Positions 61,626 through 64,000 of a stretch of 64,000 nucleotides of DNA are shown in pieces. The stretch is from the IMG/VR virus record IMGVR_UViG_3300012848_000031. One strand, given 5' to 3'. This DNA is from a virus. How positions within the stretch are numbered: position 1 is the stretch's first letter; each line of letters starts with the position of its first letter. The notes beneath the pieces were generated by a model. That model searched no databases. It was not told where the DNA came from and saw only the letters and a list, made by a program, of their open reading frames with translations. The translations under genes were made by a program, and so were the position numbers.

Positions 61626-64000
61626 ATGACGAACACCATCGCGGGTATCGGAGTCGTTATTGATGCTTCCCAAGCGAACGCTGCCAGCGTTGCACTCGAT
61701 CGGTTCGTCACGGCGACGGACCGAGCACAGGCAGGTGCGCGGGGGCTTGCCAGTTCGTCAAGCGCCTCGGCGGCCTCGCAGCGGGCGGTATCCACCGCGA
61801 GCCAACTCGTGGCGACTCAGCAGATACGCGCCACGCAGACGATGCAAGCCGCGACGCTGACCGCCGGACAGTATTCGCAAGCTCTGCGGATGCTGCCGGC
61901 GCAGATCACGGACATCGTGACGGGCTTGGCGAGCGGCCAGAGCGCATTCATGGTCGCCATCCAGCAGGGCGGCCAGCTTCGCGACATGTTCGGTGGAGTG
62001 GGCGCCGCCCTGCGTGCGGTCGGCACATTGCTCACCCCCGTGCGCCTCGCGATCGGGGGCACCGCGGCGGTCGGCGCCGTGTTCGCCAAGGTGCTCGCCG
62101 ACGGACAGCGCGAAGCGTTCGAGCTGAACCGCGCGCTGATCCTTTCGGGCAATTCCGCCGACGTCACGACCGGACAACTTGCGCTCATGGCGCGCGAGCT
62201 CGATCGGATATCCGGTACGCGTGCACAGGCGAGCGCCGCATTGACTGCCGTGCTGGCCGCCGGGATCAAAGGCAATGTGGCGCAACAGGTGGCTCAGGTT
62301 GCCGGCCAGCTCGAGCGCATCGCGGGCATCCCGATGGATGAGGTGATCGAGCAGTTCGCGGCGCTCGGAGAGCGACCGAGCGAGGCCGCCGTGAAACTCA
62401 CTCGGCAGTACAACTTCCTCACGGCCGAGCTCTATACGCAGATTCGGGCGCTCGAACGCGAGGGCCAGGTCGCCGAAGCGACCCGCATCGCGCAGGCGGC
62501 GCTGGCCGACACGCTGCAGACACGAGTCACGCAGCTCCAGGGACATCTGGGGGCCGTTCCACGGGCCTGGAAGGCCATCGCGGGTGCTGCAAAAGAAGCC
62601 TGGGATGCGATGCTCGACCTGGGGCGTGAGCGCACCCCGGAGGAAGAACTCGAACAGCTGCTGCGCGCACGCGCAGGACGTTTCAGAGCCCCGATGCGCG
62701 GCGGCGGGCCTGCGGTAGAAAATCCTCGCATCGCAGAGCTGAGGGCACTGGTCGCAGAGCGCCGGCGCCAGGCCGAGGCGGACGCGGCCAAGAGCGCAGA
62801 GCTCACTCAGGCGCTCGAAGACGAAGCACTGGCGGCGGTCCGCGCCGCATCGGCCGGGCAAGTGGCGGCGGCCGCGTTCCAGGCGAGCAACGCTGCGATC
62901 TCTCGCGAGCTCGAGGCACTGACGCAGGACGTGACCGCACGCGAACGCCTGTTACAGGCTCAGCGCGATGGGCGTCTCATCACCGAGGCCCAGTACTACG
63001 ACGAGCGGCGCAAACTCGTGGAAGCCGATCGGCACGCGCGCGTCGCCGCCCTGGAAGCCGAGAACCGCCTCCTCGAGGCCCAAGCCGCCCAGATCCGCAG
63101 GGCCGCTCAGGAGGCAGCAGAACGCGCGAAATCGCCCGCCGAACGGCTCACCGCGGAGCTCGCCGTCCAACCACAGATCATCGCGAACCAGTCACGCATC
63201 GCCGACAACACTGCCAGGATCGATCGCCTCAATGCCGAGGCGGCCGCGAGCGCAACGTTGTTCGGTGTGGAGCAGCAGAGCGCGGGCAGGAAGGCTGAGA
63301 TCACCTATAACGACGCGCGCGCGGCGGCGGAGGAGTACCTGGCGACGCTGCAGCGCCGGCAGCGCCTGGAACTCGAGGGGATAGGCGCCGGCGAGCGGAC
63401 GCGTGAGCGTAATGCGGGCCGCGCGGAACTGGAGCAGGACTATACCCGACAGCGCCAGCAGCTCGACCGCGACTTGCGGCGCGGGCAAATTACCAAGGAG
63501 GCCTACGATCGCGATTTGCGACTGACCGAGGAGTTCCAGCAGCGCGCGCTGGGCTCCTATGACCAATACTGGGATGAGCTGACCGAGAAACAGGGCAGCT
63601 TCTTCGTCGGTGCCTCCGAAGCCCTGCGCAACTACGTCGATGAATCACGGAACACAGCCGGCCAGGTCGGCGATGCGTTCTCGCGCGCACTCAACGGCGC
63701 GACGGACTCACTCGTGAAGTTCGCCATGACCGGTAAAGGCAGTTTCAAGGACCTCGCCAATTCGATCATCGCGGACCTGCTGCGCATAAGCCTTCAGAAA
63801 AGTATCGCAGGCGCCCTTGGCGGGGCGCTCGGCGGGATCTTCGGCGGAGGCGGCTCTGCGGCCGATGGCCTCTTCGGGGCTTCGAACATCGTTCAGGGCG
63901 AGAACGATTGGTGGAAAAAGATCGGCGGGGTTCTGGGGTTCGCGGCCGGAGGCAACCCTCCGGTTGGTCGTGTCTCACTCGTGGGCGAACGCGGCCCCGA
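61626..64000 (+). CDS. Lambda-type tape measure protein (3' end beyond window)
   Basis: Manual translation: LPAQITDIVTGLASGQ...QQGGQLRDMFGG at N-terminus; TG.G.FKD.A.SII.DL and FAAGG...VGERGP near window end. Confidence 0.9.
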   Translation, partial: MTNTIAGIGVVIDASQANAASVALDRFVTATDRAQAGARGLASSSSASAASQRAVSTASQLVATQQIRATQTMQAATLTAGQYSQALRMLPAQITDIVTGLASGQSAFMVAIQQGGQLRDMFGGVGAALRAVGTLLTPVRLAIGGTAAVGAVFAKVLADGQREAFELNRALILSGNSADVTTGQLALMARELDRISGTRAQASAALTAVLAAGIKGNVAQQVAQVAGQLERIAGIPMDEVIEQFAALGERPSEAAVKLTRQYNFLTAELYTQIRALEREGQVAEATRIAQAALADTLQTRVTQLQGHLGAVPRAWKAIAGAAKEAWDAMLDLGRERTPEEELEQLLRARAGRFRAPMRGGGPAVENPRIAELRALVAERRRQAEADAAKSAELTQALEDEALAAVRAASAGQVAAAAFQASNAAISRELEALTQDVTARERLLQAQRDGRLITEAQYYDERRKLVEADRHARVAALEAENRLLEAQAAQIRRAAQEAAERAKSPAERLTAELAVQPQIIANQSRIADNTARIDRLNAEAAASATLFGVEQQSAGRKAEITYNDARAAAEEYLATLQRRQRLELEGIGAGERTRERNAGRAELEQDYTRQRQQLDRDLRRGQITKEAYDRDLRLTEEFQQRALGSYDQYWDELTEKQGSFFVGASEALRNYVDESRNTAGQVGDAFSRALNGATDSLVKFAMTGKGSFKDLANSIIADLLRISLQKSIAGALGGALGGIFGGGGSAADGLFGASNIVQGENDWWKKIGGVLGFAAGGNPPVGRVSLVGERGP

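Larger units (their letters stand above)
50433..64000. mobile_element. Satellite-like integrative element (continues past window end)
   Basis: Integrase, regulators, excisionase-like HTH, helicase, iterons, terS, terL, gp10-like, chaperone, tape measure; no capsid/portal seen. Confidence 0.7.

Overview
High-GC window, probably from a Gram-negative proteobacterium (CsrA homolog, spanins), with no host housekeeping genes. It holds two phage-related elements in tandem, each led by a minus-strand large serine recombinase. (1) About 1-50,450: an apparently complete temperate myovirus prophage. It has an integrase cut by the window edge, a long early-left operon (HerA-like ATPase, CsrA, ParB, exonuclease, pentapeptide-repeat protein, Bet and nuclease, KTSC), a cI/cro switch with 18-bp operators, a DUF1376-type initiator with iterons, and a Q-like late control region. 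The late genes cover terminase, portal, capsid, a contractile tail with a G/GT frameshift site and a lysis cassette. A 5.2-kb accessory module is inserted in the head cluster, and a separately promoted operon sits at the right end. (2) About 50,450 to beyond 64,000: a compact satellite-like element. It carries an integrase, regulators, an excisionase-like HTH, a DnaB-N/RepA-type helicase with an iteron cluster, its own TerS and TerL, an HK97 gp10-like protein, a tail chaperone and a lambda-type tape measure. I see no portal, capsid, protease, sheath or major tail gene within the window. This element also encodes a ~220-aa domain about two-thirds identical (manual alignment) to a domain in the neighbouring prophage's accessory module. 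The best candidate for a novel system is therefore a capsid-less satellite that encodes terminase and tail-length genes and has exchanged a putative virion domain with a prophage. All family assignments come from motif recognition, not database searches.
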